Positions 1 through 8,474 of a stretch of 64,000 bases of DNA are shown piece by piece; within the stretch, counting starts at the first letter, position 1; each line of letters starts with the position of its first letter. The translations under genes were made by a program, and so were the position numbers. The DNA lies in the NCBI GenBank assembly GCA_958295865.1, contig CATQHF010000004.1:441506-505505 (forward strand). Reading direction: 5' to 3'. Source of the stretch: an uncultured Dehalococcoidia bacterium. Its GTDB lineage: Bacteria > Chloroflexota > Dehalococcoidia > Lucifugimonadales > JADFKI01. The notes below the pieces were generated by a model. It worked only from the letters and a program-made list of their open reading frames with translations, was not told the origin of the DNA and made no database searches.

Positions 1-692
1 GCGAACGGCTGATACGGCCCCGTCAGCCCGCGCTGCGACACAAGACTTGCGAACACCGCGTTCCGCACCGAGTTCGCCGCCGCCGCGCCCTTCCACATGG
101 AAAGCTCCCCCGCGCGTGTCTGCCGCATAGACGCATGCGGTACGCTCGCAATGGAGAGCGTATGCTCGATCTGTTCCGCCGACTGCCCCAGCAGTCTGCC
201 CGCGCCGCACGCCGCCCCGATGCCCGTATAAACCACATGATCCCATTGGTGCGCGCGCACGCTGGCCGCGTCGCACAAGTTCACCGACACCTCATAGGCT
301 GCCGCCGTCGCCGTGAAGATGTCCCGCACCGGCTTGCCGCCCCACTCGCACAGCGCCATGATGCCCGGTATCATATCGCTAGGATGCAGCGGCTCCAGCG
401 AAAGGTAAGTGTCGTTGAAGTCCAGGTAGCGCGTCATCAGCCCATTGGCGAAAGTCGCCGCCTCCGGCGTAACCCGCACCGGCGCGCCCCACACCGTCGC
501 CCCGGACGGCAGCGCGAAGTCATAAGCATAAGCGCGCGCCGCCTTCGGAGCATCCTCCGAAAACGCCGCCATGCTCACTCCGACGCTGTCCAGAATCCGC
601 CGCTTCACCTCATGCGCCGACTCCGGCGGCACATCCTCATACCGCAACCCCTCCGAATACCCCGCGAACATCCTGCTGAACTTGTCTGACAT
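1..692 (-). CDS. MmgE/PrpD family protein, N-terminal ~230 aa (3' end lies beyond window start)
   Basis: Absent from the ORF track because there is no stop in the window. My minus-strand translation from ATG 692..690 reads MSDKFSRMFAGYSEGLRYEDVPPESAHEVKRRILDSVGVSMAAF...LEPLHPSDMIPGIMALCEW...TGIGAACGAGRLLG and stays open to base 1. This is the PrpD/MmgE N-terminal pattern. The listed + ORF 135..689 is its Arg-rich antisense shadow. Confidence 0.75.
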   Translation of the reverse strand, partial: MSDKFSRMFAGYSEGLRYEDVPPESAHEVKRRILDSVGVSMAAFSEDAPKAARAYAYDFALPSGATVWGAPVRVTPEAATFANGLMTRYLDFNDTYLSLEPLHPSDMIPGIMALCEWGGKPVRDIFTATAAAYEVSVNLCDAASVRAHQWDHVVYTGIGAACGAGRLLGQSAEQIEHTLSIASVPHASMRQTRAGELSMWKGAAAANSVRNAVFASLVSQRGLTGPYQPF

Positions 693-717
693 TTTCCGTC
701 CTTCACTTTGATATTTG

Positions 718-1035
718 TTATGCTGCCAATCCCAGTTGAACCCTTATGACCTGCTCGACTTTTTGCATGTCCTGGTCAGACAAGCGCCCAAAACGATTAC
801 TCAGGCGCAACTTGCTAACAGTTCTCATCTGATCTGCCACTGCTTTATTGGGTCTGCCATTCATCAGGATATAGGCTTCGCTGCGATATATGCGGTTCAC
901 ATTGGTAGTCAGCGGAACGACCAGTACATGGCTCAAAGCGTCGTTAGATATGTCGCTGCTGACAATAATGGCAGGTCTTACCTTGCGTATCTCACTGCCT
1001 AATGGAGGGGTCAAAGTCAGTCCACCACACTTCAC
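718..1035 (-). CDS. mazF: Type II toxin, PemK/MazF family mRNA interferase
   Basis: 105 aa with the MazF/PemK pattern (GSEIRKVRPAIIVSSD...VLVVPLTTN). Its start overlaps the stop of the upstream antitoxin-like ORF by 4 bp. Confidence 0.85.
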   Translation of the reverse strand: MKCGGLTLTPPLGSEIRKVRPAIIVSSDISNDALSHVLVVPLTTNVNRIYRSEAYILMNGRPNKAVADQMRTVSKLRLSNRFGRLSDQDMQKVEQVIRVQLGLAA

Positions 1036-1376
1036 CGCGCTTCATGAATCAACCCATCCTTGAAAGTAGCCTCTGCCAATTCCCCAGATTCGGCTTCATA
1101 TCCCTCGTTCTCTGAGTCAGCGTCGGATAGGCTGCCATTCGGACCATACCACTCCTTCCATTCCTCCCACGCCTCGTTCTCGTACAGCGCATGCCCCAAT
1201 CGCGCCTCCTCTTCCGCCTTCGCGCGATAGTCCGCCTCAAGCTCTGACATATCGACGGGAATGACGCGCGGACGCACCAGATTTTCGATGAACTTGCTTA
1301 TATTCCCCCGCCCGACGACGTCATAGAGCGCATCGTACACTTCCGCATCGAGCGAGACGGTCAACTTCTTTCGCAT
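1032..1376 (-). CDS. Putative antitoxin (N-terminal ribbon-helix-helix-like, acidic C-terminal tail) paired with MazF
   Basis: 114 aa. The N-terminus KKLTVSLDAEVYDALYDVVGRGNISKFIENLV looks RHH/CopG-like and the C-terminal half is Glu/Asp/Trp-rich. It is translationally coupled to mazF by a 4-bp overlap. Confidence 0.55.
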   Translation of the reverse strand: MRKKLTVSLDAEVYDALYDVVGRGNISKFIENLVRPRVIPVDMSELEADYRAKAEEEARLGHALYENEAWEEWKEWYGPNGSLSDADSENEGYEAESGELAEATFKDGLIHEAR

Positions 1377-1397
1377 AATGAAACCTCTCCACGCAAG

Positions 1398-1634
1398 TCA
1401 TGTAGGTATTCTATATGACCCTGTAATAAAGTCAAAAGCATCAGGATCCAAGACCGCCCGCACCTGCCACGCCTCAACCCCCGGAAACCACTCCAGAAAC
1501 TCTTTGACAGAAGCGCCATCCTTGAGATTCTCGAAAAGCGCCGACACCGGGACGCGCGTGCCTCGAAATATCAAAGCGCCTCCCAGCTTTTCGGGATGAC
1601 TCTCCACCGCCTCGCAAGATGCCCATCGCGTCAT
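1398..1634 (-). CDS. DUF433 domain protein (antitoxin-like, orphan)
   Basis: 78 aa with LIFRGTRVPVSALFENLKDGASVKEFLEWFP, which matches the DUF433 core (GxPxIRGTRIPV...L..G.S.eEil..yP). It lies 22 bp upstream of the mazE-like gene on the same strand. No PIN/DUF5615 partner is present. Confidence 0.75.
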   Translation of the reverse strand: MTRWASCEAVESHPEKLGGALIFRGTRVPVSALFENLKDGASVKEFLEWFPGVEAWQVRAVLDPDAFDFITGSYRIPT

Positions 1635-1704
1635 CTTAATCCCTCCACCCGCTCATAAGCATTATCGTCAGATTCTTCCGCATAGCCTTTTGTCCCCCAT
1701 CCCG

Positions 1705-2859
1705 CTAGACCAACCCATCCACCAAGATACTCCGCGCAATCACCAGTCGCTGTATCTCCGATGTCCCCTCATATATCTCCGTAACCTTCGCGTCCCGGTA
1801 ATACCGCTCCGCAGGCGTCGGCGCGAGATACCCCGCCCCGCCGTGCATCTGCACCGACTTGTCCGCCGCCTCCACCGCAACCCGTGAGGCGTACAGCTTC
1901 GCCATCGACGCCTCCTTCACTATCGGCATCCCCGCATCACGCATAGACGCCACCCGCATCACCAGCAAGCGCGCAGCGTCTATCTGCGTCGCCATATCCG
2001 CTATCATCCACTGAATCGCCTGCAACTCCGCCAACTTCTGCCCAAACGCCTCGCGCTGCTTCACATGGCTCACTGCCGCCTCGTATGCCGCCTGCGCGAT
2101 TCCTACGCACTGCGCCGCGATGGATATGCGGCTGGAGTTCAGCACATGCATCGTCTCGCGGAAGCCCTCGCCCTCAGCGCCCATGCGGTTTTCCTCGGAC
2201 ACCGCGCAATCCTCGAACACCACCTCCGCGATGGACGACGCCCGCATCCCCATCTTGCCCTTCAGCGGATTCACGCTCAGCCCCGCGCTGTCCCCCTCCA
2301 GTATCAGCGCGTCAATCCCCCGCGTTCTCAGGCTGCGGTCGTGCGTCGCCAGCACCACGAAAGTCGCCGCCTCCGGCGCGTTCGTGATAAAAGTCTTGCT
2401 CCCATTCAGCAGGTAGCCCCCGTTGGAGCGCGTCGCCGTAGTCCGCATAGCGGCGGCGTCGCTGCCCGAACCCGGCTCAGTCAGCGCGAACGCCCCGATA
2501 TGCTCACCGCTCGCAAGTCGCGGCAGAAACTGCTGCTTCTGCCCCTCCGTACCCCACATGTGGATGAACTGCGCGCACAGCGACAGGTGCGCGATGTACG
2601 AAGTGCTCGTAGCCGCGCACGCGCGCGCTACCTCCTCCACCGCGATAGCCAACTGCCGAAAAGTGCCCCCGCTCCCGCCATACTCCTCATCGATAGTCAG
2701 CCCCAGCAGCCCCAAATCCGCTAGTCCCCTGAAATTATCGTGCGGAAACTCCCCATTCTCGTCATACTCCGCCGCTCGCGTCGCAATCTCCCTGTCCGCG
2801 AAATCCCGCACCGCGCTCTTCAGCAGCAGCTCATCCTCACTCAAAAAGTAGCCCGACAT
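1705..2859 (-). CDS. Acyl-CoA dehydrogenase
   Basis: 384 aa with full-length ACAD pattern ([36 protein letters not shown]). Confidence 0.95.
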   Translation of the reverse strand: MSGYFLSEDELLLKSAVRDFADREIATRAAEYDENGEFPHDNFRGLADLGLLGLTIDEEYGGSGGTFRQLAIAVEEVARACAATSTSYIAHLSLCAQFIHMWGTEGQKQQFLPRLASGEHIGAFALTEPGSGSDAAAMRTTATRSNGGYLLNGSKTFITNAPEAATFVVLATHDRSLRTRGIDALILEGDSAGLSVNPLKGKMGMRASSIAEVVFEDCAVSEENRMGAEGEGFRETMHVLNSSRISIAAQCVGIAQAAYEAAVSHVKQREAFGQKLAELQAIQWMIADMATQIDAARLLVMRVASMRDAGMPIVKEASMAKLYASRVAVEAADKSVQMHGGAGYLAPTPAERYYRDAKVTEIYEGTSEIQRLVIARSILVDGLV

Positions 2860-2895
2860 TCTCTAACCTCCATCGCGTTATCCTATCGATCCTAT

Positions 2896-3702
2896 CTACC
2901 CTGTCATCCCTATGTTCACATCCATCGCTCCACGCACCGCGCCAAGCGCATCTCCCCGCGGCAACGCATCCTGCGCCGCCGTCCCGCCGCCCTTATACCC
3001 CCCGAACACCGCATGCCCCGCTTGCAGCCAGAAGCAATCCACCCCCTCGAAACCCGCCTCCATAAGCCACACAAGCTGATGCGACAGCGGCGACGGCGTT
3101 TCCGCATCGTCAGGATAGCGGAAGTAGTTCCACTTCTCTTCCGCCAGCCTTGCGAAAAACCTATCGTCCCCCGTCCGCTCGATGGACTGCCGCCTGCACA
3201 CATCGTCGTATGCGTCGGCGTACAGCCGCCACGCCTCGGCGCGCTGTGGCAATACCACATCCACTACCATCAGCGCGCCGCGCTCGCCCAGCCTGCGATA
3301 CGCCTGTCCGAACAGCGTCTGCTTGCCCTCCGCCGTCAGGTGATGCAGCGCAAGCGACGACACCACGCAGTCCGCATCGTCCGCCGCATCCATCCACTCC
3401 GTCGACTCAAGCGTGAACCCCCGCACCTCGGCGCGCTCCCCAAACGACCCCAGAAGCGCCTCCGCATGCTCGCGCATCGACGCCGACCCGTCCAGCGCCA
3501 CTACCGACGCCCGCGGAAACGCTGTCAGCGCGGCATGTGAAAAGATACCCTCGCCGCAGCCCACATCCACGATTCTGAACGCCTCATCCCTGCCAAACGG
3601 CAGCAGACACAACATAGTCGCCAGCTGCTCATCACGCCCCGGCACCGCAACCTCCGCCAGCGCCCGATACACCGCCGAATCCCCTTCATCCCAACTCACC
3701 AT
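2896..3702 (-). CDS. Class I SAM-dependent methyltransferase
   Basis: 268 aa with motif I VDVGCGEGIF and a post-I acidic residue (VVALDGS). Confidence 0.85.
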   Translation of the reverse strand: MVSWDEGDSAVYRALAEVAVPGRDEQLATMLCLLPFGRDEAFRIVDVGCGEGIFSHAALTAFPRASVVALDGSASMREHAEALLGSFGERAEVRGFTLESTEWMDAADDADCVVSSLALHHLTAEGKQTLFGQAYRRLGERGALMVVDVVLPQRAEAWRLYADAYDDVCRRQSIERTGDDRFFARLAEEKWNYFRYPDDAETPSPLSHQLVWLMEAGFEGVDCFWLQAGHAVFGGYKGGGTAAQDALPRGDALGAVRGAMDVNIGMTG

Positions 3703-4103
3703 ACCATCCCCCTATCCTACGGAACATCCTTGTACATCAACCACCCCCAACCTCCATCCCCTCCAATTATACTGCAACCCATCATTCCCCGTCCGCCCTG
3801 AGCTTGTCAAAAGAAACCCGCCCCGTTCGCACCGAGCTTGTACCCCGTTCGTGGTGAGCCTGTCGAACCACCCGAAAAGAAACTCTACCAAATGAAAGCC
3901 CAGCCACTGCTTCAAAAGACTGAATGGGCCTTCACCCGTCATTCCTGCGAAAGCAGGAATCCAGAGCATTGAAGGCGCATCCAAGCATAAACAACGCTGC
4001 CCTTCAACCCTGAAAATCGCAATCAGTCTATTGATGAGTAAATCCTACCGACTTTCCCCAATTTTCAATTCTTAATTTTTAATTTTTAATTGTAAAAACC
4101 CGC

Positions 4104-4132
4104 TTGACACACCATGCCCAACCCAATAGAAT
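4104..4132 (+). promoter_or_regulatory. Consensus sigma70-type promoter of the DNA methyltransferase gene
   Basis: TTGACA (4104-4109), exactly 17 nt, then TAGAAT (4127-4132). It is preceded by a 40-bp AT-rich tract (4055-4095). The TTG start in the ORF track at 4104 is the -35 box itself. Confidence 0.65.
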
Positions 4133-4184
4133 GAACACAAGTTCTATCCATCCCTGCCTGAGCCTGCCGAAAGGCAATCTGCCG

Positions 4185-4892
4185 ATGTCAACCCGCACTC
4201 CCGTCAGAATCGAGCGCAGCGACTACCGCGACTTCCTGCGCGCTCTCGACAAAGACTCCGTCGACCTGCTGCTCACCGACCCGCCATACGCCATCAGCAG
4301 GAAGACCGGCTTTGCCAATGTCAAAAACGGCATACACCGTTTCGCCGTCTCCATGGACTTCGGCGAGTGGGACCACGAGCAAATCGACCTGCCCCAATTC
4401 GCCGCCGAGACCTACCGCGTCCTGCGTAAAGGCGGCACCGCAATCGTCTGGTACGATGTATGGAAAACCACCCACCTCTACGACGCGCTCACCGACGCCG
4501 GCTTCAAGATGCTGCGCCTCATCGTCTGGAACAAGACCAACCCCGTGCCCCTCAACAGCAAAAACATCTACCTGTCCAACAGCCGCGAAACCGCCGTGCT
4601 AGGCGTCAAGGGCGGCAGTCCCACCTTCCACAGCAGATACGACAGCGGCAATTACAGCCACCCCATCCCTAGACACGGCGGCAACCGCATACACCCCACC
4701 CAAAAGCCGCTAGACCTATTCCGCGAACTCATCCGCAAGCACAGCAACCCCGGCGATCTGGTCATCGACCCCTTCCTAGGCAGCGGCACCACCGCCATAG
4801 CCGCAATCCAAGAGGGCAGAACATTCGCCGGCTGCGACATCGACGACCACTATGTCCAAGCATCAATATCCCGCGTGCGCCAACACGCCTGA
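4185..4892 (+). CDS. Orphan site-specific DNA methyltransferase, beta-class, DPPY motif (probably N6-adenine)
   Basis: LLLTDPPYAI (motif IV) lies N-terminal, with HPTQKP and VIDPFLGSGTTAIAA (motif I) C-terminal. I moved the start to ATG 4185 because 4104 and 4131 lie inside the promoter boxes. There is no adjacent restriction endonuclease gene. Confidence 0.88.
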   Translation: MSTRTPVRIERSDYRDFLRALDKDSVDLLLTDPPYAISRKTGFANVKNGIHRFAVSMDFGEWDHEQIDLPQFAAETYRVLRKGGTAIVWYDVWKTTHLYDALTDAGFKMLRLIVWNKTNPVPLNSKNIYLSNSRETAVLGVKGGSPTFHSRYDSGNYSHPIPRHGGNRIHPTQKPLDLFRELIRKHSNPGDLVIDPFLGSGTTAIAAIQEGRTFAGCDIDDHYVQASISRVRQHA

Positions 4893-4939
4893 CATGATAG
4901 ATTGATAACAACCCCAATGTCCCCCGTGACAATTGAACC

Positions 4940-5971
4940 ATGACCCAACGCATCGTATCAGGCGCGCCCCACGAATTCGACCACTCGCTGGACACCAGCC
5001 TGCGGCCGCGCCGCATCGTCGACTACATCGGCCAGTCCGCCGTCAAAAACCTGCTCGCCATCAGCGTCAAGGCGGCGCAGCAGCGCGGCGAACCGCTCGA
5101 CCATGTGCTGCTCTACGGCCCCCCCGGCCTCGGCAAGACCACACTCGCCAACATCATGGCAGTCGAGATGGGCGCGCGCATCAAGACCACCTCCGGCCCA
5201 GCCATCGAGCGCCCCGGCGACATGGTTGCCACCCTAACGCAGATGCAAGAAGGCGACATCCTCTTCATAGACGAAATCCACCGCCTCAGCCGCACCGTCG
5301 AGGAAGTCCTATACCCCGCCATGGAAGACTACTTCGTGTCCTGGGTCATAGACAAGGGACTCAAGGCGCGCAGCATGAACCTCGCAATCAAGCCCTTCAC
5401 CCTCATCGGCGCGACCACCCGCTACGGCATGCTCAGCCCGCCCCTGCGCGACCGCTTCGGCAACATACACCGCCTCGACTTCTACGACGAAGACGCCATG
5501 GCAACCATCGTCGAGCGCTCCGCCCGCATCCTGGAGATTGAGACCGACAAGCAGGGCGTAACCGAGATTGCCCGCCGCGCGCGCGGCACGCCCCGCATCG
5601 CCAACCGCCTGCTGCGCCGCGTGCGCGACTACGCCCAGGTCATCGCCGACGGCATCATCACCGCCGCCGTCGCCAAAGACGCCCTATCGCAGCTCGAAGT
5701 CGACGCGCAAGGACTCGACGGCACAGACCGCCGCATGATGCTCTCCATCATCGAAAAGTTCGAGGGCGGCCCCGTCGGCCTAGACACCATCGCCGCATCC
5801 ATCAGCGAAGACTCCGACACCATCGAAGACGTGTACGAGCCATACCTCTTACAGCTCGGCTTCCTCGACAAGACCCCGCGCGGCCGCGTAGCCACCCGCC
5901 GCGCCTACGACCACCTAGGCTTCGACTACACCAAGCACAACCCCAACTCCCCCCAAGCCCCCCTCTTCTAA
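4940..5971 (+). CDS. ruvB: Holliday junction branch migration DNA helicase RuvB
   Basis: 343 aa with [12 protein letters not shown], Walker [15 protein letters not shown], Walker [10 protein letters not shown], and the C-terminal winged helix [14 protein letters not shown]. Confidence 0.97.
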   Translation: MTQRIVSGAPHEFDHSLDTSLRPRRIVDYIGQSAVKNLLAISVKAAQQRGEPLDHVLLYGPPGLGKTTLANIMAVEMGARIKTTSGPAIERPGDMVATLTQMQEGDILFIDEIHRLSRTVEEVLYPAMEDYFVSWVIDKGLKARSMNLAIKPFTLIGATTRYGMLSPPLRDRFGNIHRLDFYDEDAMATIVERSARILEIETDKQGVTEIARRARGTPRIANRLLRRVRDYAQVIADGIITAAVAKDALSQLEVDAQGLDGTDRRMMLSIIEKFEGGPVGLDTIAASISEDSDTIEDVYEPYLLQLGFLDKTPRGRVATRRAYDHLGFDYTKHNPNSPQAPLF

Positions 5972-6064
5972 CGACGGCGCTCAATCTCCACATCCGCAGA
6001 GAGAAGCAAAGCCTTACCAAGTGCGTGACGCCCGACGGTTTCTAGAACAGGCAGGAATATCACC

Positions 6065-6295
6065 ATGAACACAGCGATGCACTACAAAGGATACGACGCT
6101 CAGTTTGATTATAGCGACGATGACGGTTGCTTTGTGGGCAACATTGCCGGCATCAGCGATGTCGTAGGCTTTCATGGCGAATCAGTCGCAGAACTGCGTA
6201 TCTCCTTTGAGGAAGCAGTCGATGACTACATCGAAACCTGCCAACAACTAAATCGCTCACCTCAAAAACCTTTGCCGAAAATCCCTTCCCCTTGA
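6065..6295 (+). CDS. HicB-family antitoxin, C-terminally truncated (no DNA-binding tail)
   Basis: MHYKGYDAQFDYSDDDGCFVGNIAGISDVVGFHGESVAELRISFEEAVDDYIETCQQLNRSPQKP is a textbook HicB N-domain. The ORF then ends as LPKIPSP*, where homologues continue into an RHH segment. No hicA is present, only a possible 15-codon remnant (VRDARRFLEQAGISP*) whose stop (6066-6068) overlaps the hicB start codon. Confidence 0.6.
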   Translation: MNTAMHYKGYDAQFDYSDDDGCFVGNIAGISDVVGFHGESVAELRISFEEAVDDYIETCQQLNRSPQKPLPKIPSP

Positions 6296-6311
6296 TGTGA
6301 GAAAAATACGG

Positions 6312-7049
6312 TCAAAAGTCCGCGAATGTCCTGCCTTCCAGATAGTCCGGGAAAGTATAGACGCCCGTAACCTGCGTCCAGCATGCCGGAGGATAGTTGC
6401 CCATAGGTCTCGGGCGCGCCAGCCCTATACGCAGATACAGACGATCAGTCGCCTGCAACGCTTGGAGCACTGCGTCAGCCGCCTTGCGATTGTCGCCCGT
6501 CGCATCAATCCTGTCTTCCAAGAATGTGCGAAACGCGAGGTCATTCACGGGATAACCGTTGTGCCATATACCGCTGCCGTCCTCGAAATCTAGTCGGAAC
6601 TGCCGTCTGCCATACTTGTCATCCACCCATACATCCGTCACTCTTGGCGCGCACAAAGTCCCAAGCGAGCGAGTGTCGCTCTCTGGCGCAACACGCCTGT
6701 CCCCTTCCAAATGCCCGTCAAATATCTCATCCACGCTGTCAAAGCAACTCTGTCGCAGGATATTCTCCCACTGAGCATCGGTACAATCTACGATGTTCAG
6801 TGTTTCCGACGGATCGAAGTACCAGTCCTCTATGTGCGGCGGCAGCACGACCGATACGGGCGACAAGTCGAACTCTACCAGCGCGCTAGGATACGCTATC
6901 AGCTCGCCGTCGCGGAATATGTGACTTCGGCGCACTCCCTCCGGCGTAACCGGACGAATGCAATTGCCGTCGCGGTCAACGCCGCCTATGCAAATCTCAT
7001 CGTCCCACATATAGGTGAGGTCGGTAATCACCAGTCGCTTCTTGACCAT
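6312..7049 (-). CDS. Uncharacterised 245-aa protein, last gene of the DUF488 cassette
   Basis: ATG 7049 is preceded by AAGGTG and lies 11 bp after the upstream DUF488 stop. The N-terminus is VITDLTYMWDDEICIGGVDRDGNCIRPV...PPHIEDWYFDPS. I cannot name a family with confidence. Confidence 0.7.
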   Translation of the reverse strand: MVKKRLVITDLTYMWDDEICIGGVDRDGNCIRPVTPEGVRRSHIFRDGELIAYPSALVEFDLSPVSVVLPPHIEDWYFDPSETLNIVDCTDAQWENILRQSCFDSVDEIFDGHLEGDRRVAPESDTRSLGTLCAPRVTDVWVDDKYGRRQFRLDFEDGSGIWHNGYPVNDLAFRTFLEDRIDATGDNRKAADAVLQALQATDRLYLRIGLARPRPMGNYPPACWTQVTGVYTFPDYLEGRTFADF

Positions 7050-7060
7050 ATCAAGACACC

Positions 7061-7498
7061 TTATAGATGCACGATGCTTGATTCCTTGAAGATTTCGTTT
7101 CGCAGAAACTCCGCCGCCAACCGCCTATGGCACCTCTCGGCCGTCGGTTCGCTGCAAAGCAGAACAGCGCCGTCTGCGAACAGCGAAGGGTCGATTGTCT
7201 GCGCTACCTCGCGCTCGACCAGCATCCGATTGTACTTGTCCTCATACGCCTGCCAGTCGCCATCGCTGCGATACTGCTTTAAGATTTCGCTAAACGGCGC
7301 GAGTATAGGCAGTTCGTGATACTCCATATCGGTCAACTTCTCGATGAAGTATTCTATGTTGCCCTTCTTGGTGAACCCTGCCAACTGGGAATTATTGTTC
7401 AGCCGCGTATCCAGCAGATACTTGGCGTCCGCGCTCTGCAACTTCTCAAAGAAATCTTGCGCCGTCTTTTTCGTAAAGCCGATAGTGTAGATGTTCAT
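7061..7498 (-). CDS. DUF488 family protein (paralogue B)
   Basis: 145 aa with MNIYTIGFTKK, YLLDTRLNN and VLLCSEPTAERCHRRLAAEFL, the DUF488 hallmarks. The gene is visibly AT-richer than the window average. Confidence 0.8.
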   Translation of the reverse strand: MNIYTIGFTKKTAQDFFEKLQSADAKYLLDTRLNNNSQLAGFTKKGNIEYFIEKLTDMEYHELPILAPFSEILKQYRSDGDWQAYEDKYNRMLVEREVAQTIDPSLFADGAVLLCSEPTAERCHRRLAAEFLRNEIFKESSIVHL

Positions 7499-7501
7499 GT
7501 T

Positions 7502-8011
7502 CTATATCCGAAATGCGCCCTGAAGCTGCTGTCCATACTTCTTGCTCACCGCCAACTGACCCGTGCGCTGAACTTGTCCATCGCCCCTGATGTGCATCAA
7601 CTCACAGCCGTTCTCTTCGAGCGACGGACCCAATAGCAGCAGCCGATGACACTGTGACGGATCTTCCTCCGAGCATAAGACGGCCGTCTGACGCCGCGAT
7701 GCCATGCTCGCCAGCTGGCTGACCGCCTCTTGGAACTCGTCCATGTCCCGCATCATGCGATAGTTCGGCTTGCCCTTCGCGTCATAAAACCGCTTGTCTG
7801 CCGGCTTCCCGCCCAGCGCGCCGCCCATAAACTCGTAATCGATGCCAACCTCTTCCAGCAGCCCTGGCAGTGTTCGCGCATTGGCGAACGGCGCAAAACG
7901 GCTCACAGGCCTCGACCGCGTATCCACAAGCAGCTCGATGTCGTGCCGCTTTAGCAGGTCGGCGAAAGCCTCCCACCTGTGGTTGCTATGCCCTATCGTA
8001 TAGATGTTCAT
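7502..8011 (-). CDS. DUF488 family protein (paralogue A)
   Basis: MNIYTIGHSNH, LLVDTRSRP and AVLCSEEDPSQCHRLLLLG. I preferred ATG 8011 over the TTG at 8038 used by the ORF track. Its stop lies 3 bp before the start of paralogue B. Confidence 0.8.
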   Translation of the reverse strand: MNIYTIGHSNHRWEAFADLLKRHDIELLVDTRSRPVSRFAPFANARTLPGLLEEVGIDYEFMGGALGGKPADKRFYDAKGKPNYRMMRDMDEFQEAVSQLASMASRRQTAVLCSEEDPSQCHRLLLLGPSLEENGCELMHIRGDGQVQRTGQLAVSKKYGQQLQGAFRI

Positions 8012-8108
8012 GCCTGTTTCTGCACCATCGAAAGACAATAACGGCGAATCGTTTAAGTCTGCTTATCCTACCACACATACCCAATTTCGCGGACGGTACG
8101 CCGTAAGA

Positions 8109-8378
8109 AGCGGGCAATCGCATCTAAATCAGTTTGAGAAAGGGTGCAGCATAGAGTTCACTCTCTGACAGGAGTGCAGACATGAACGGCGCATCCACCT
8201 CTTTGACAGAACAGTTCTCGCATTTGGAATACCCGCGAGTTGACAGGACGAAGCGGCACAAGCTCACAGAGGTGGGACAAAAGCGTGAAGGTAGGCATAG
8301 AAGCCAAGCGCAAGAGGGCGGGCTGGGACGAAAAGTATCTGCTGAAAATCCTCACACAATAAGATGCGATTGCCCTCT
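8109..8378 (+). mobile_element. ISAs1-family IS, internally deleted derivative (~270 bp) with both terminal inverted repeats
   Basis: IRs AGCGGGCAATCGCATCT (8109-8125) and AGATGCGATTGCCCTCT (8362-8378) match 16/17. Inside are only a transposase N-terminal piece (EQFSHLEYPRVDRTKRHKLTE) and, in another frame, the C-terminal end (EAKRKRAGWDEKYLLKILTQ*, stop 8360-8362). Confidence 0.7.
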
Positions 8379-8391
8379 CCAGCCTTCACGC

Positions 8392-8420
8392 TTGACCGCT
8401 CTACCCTCACGCCGTATATT
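8392..8420 (+). promoter_or_regulatory. Near-consensus sigma70-type promoter of the NHL-repeat gene
   Basis: TTGACC (8392-8397), 17 nt, then TATATT (8415-8420). The RBS GGGAGG and ATG 8475 lie downstream. Confidence 0.55.
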
Positions 8421-8474
8421 AGCGTGCAAACACTCATTGCCAAGAACCAAGACTGATTGGGAGGTCATAGAGTC

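Noticed and set aside
4104-4184. Upstream TTG/ATG starts for the methyltransferase (4104, 4131), and TTG 38102 for TerL
   Set aside because: These codons coincide with the -35 box, -10 box or spacer of near-perfect promoters, so they are unlikely to be translated.
5972-6068. hicA toxin gene upstream of hicB
   Set aside because: Only a 15-codon frame (VRDARRFLEQAGISP*) with vague HicA resemblance is present. It is far too short to call, so it is mentioned only as a possible remnant.
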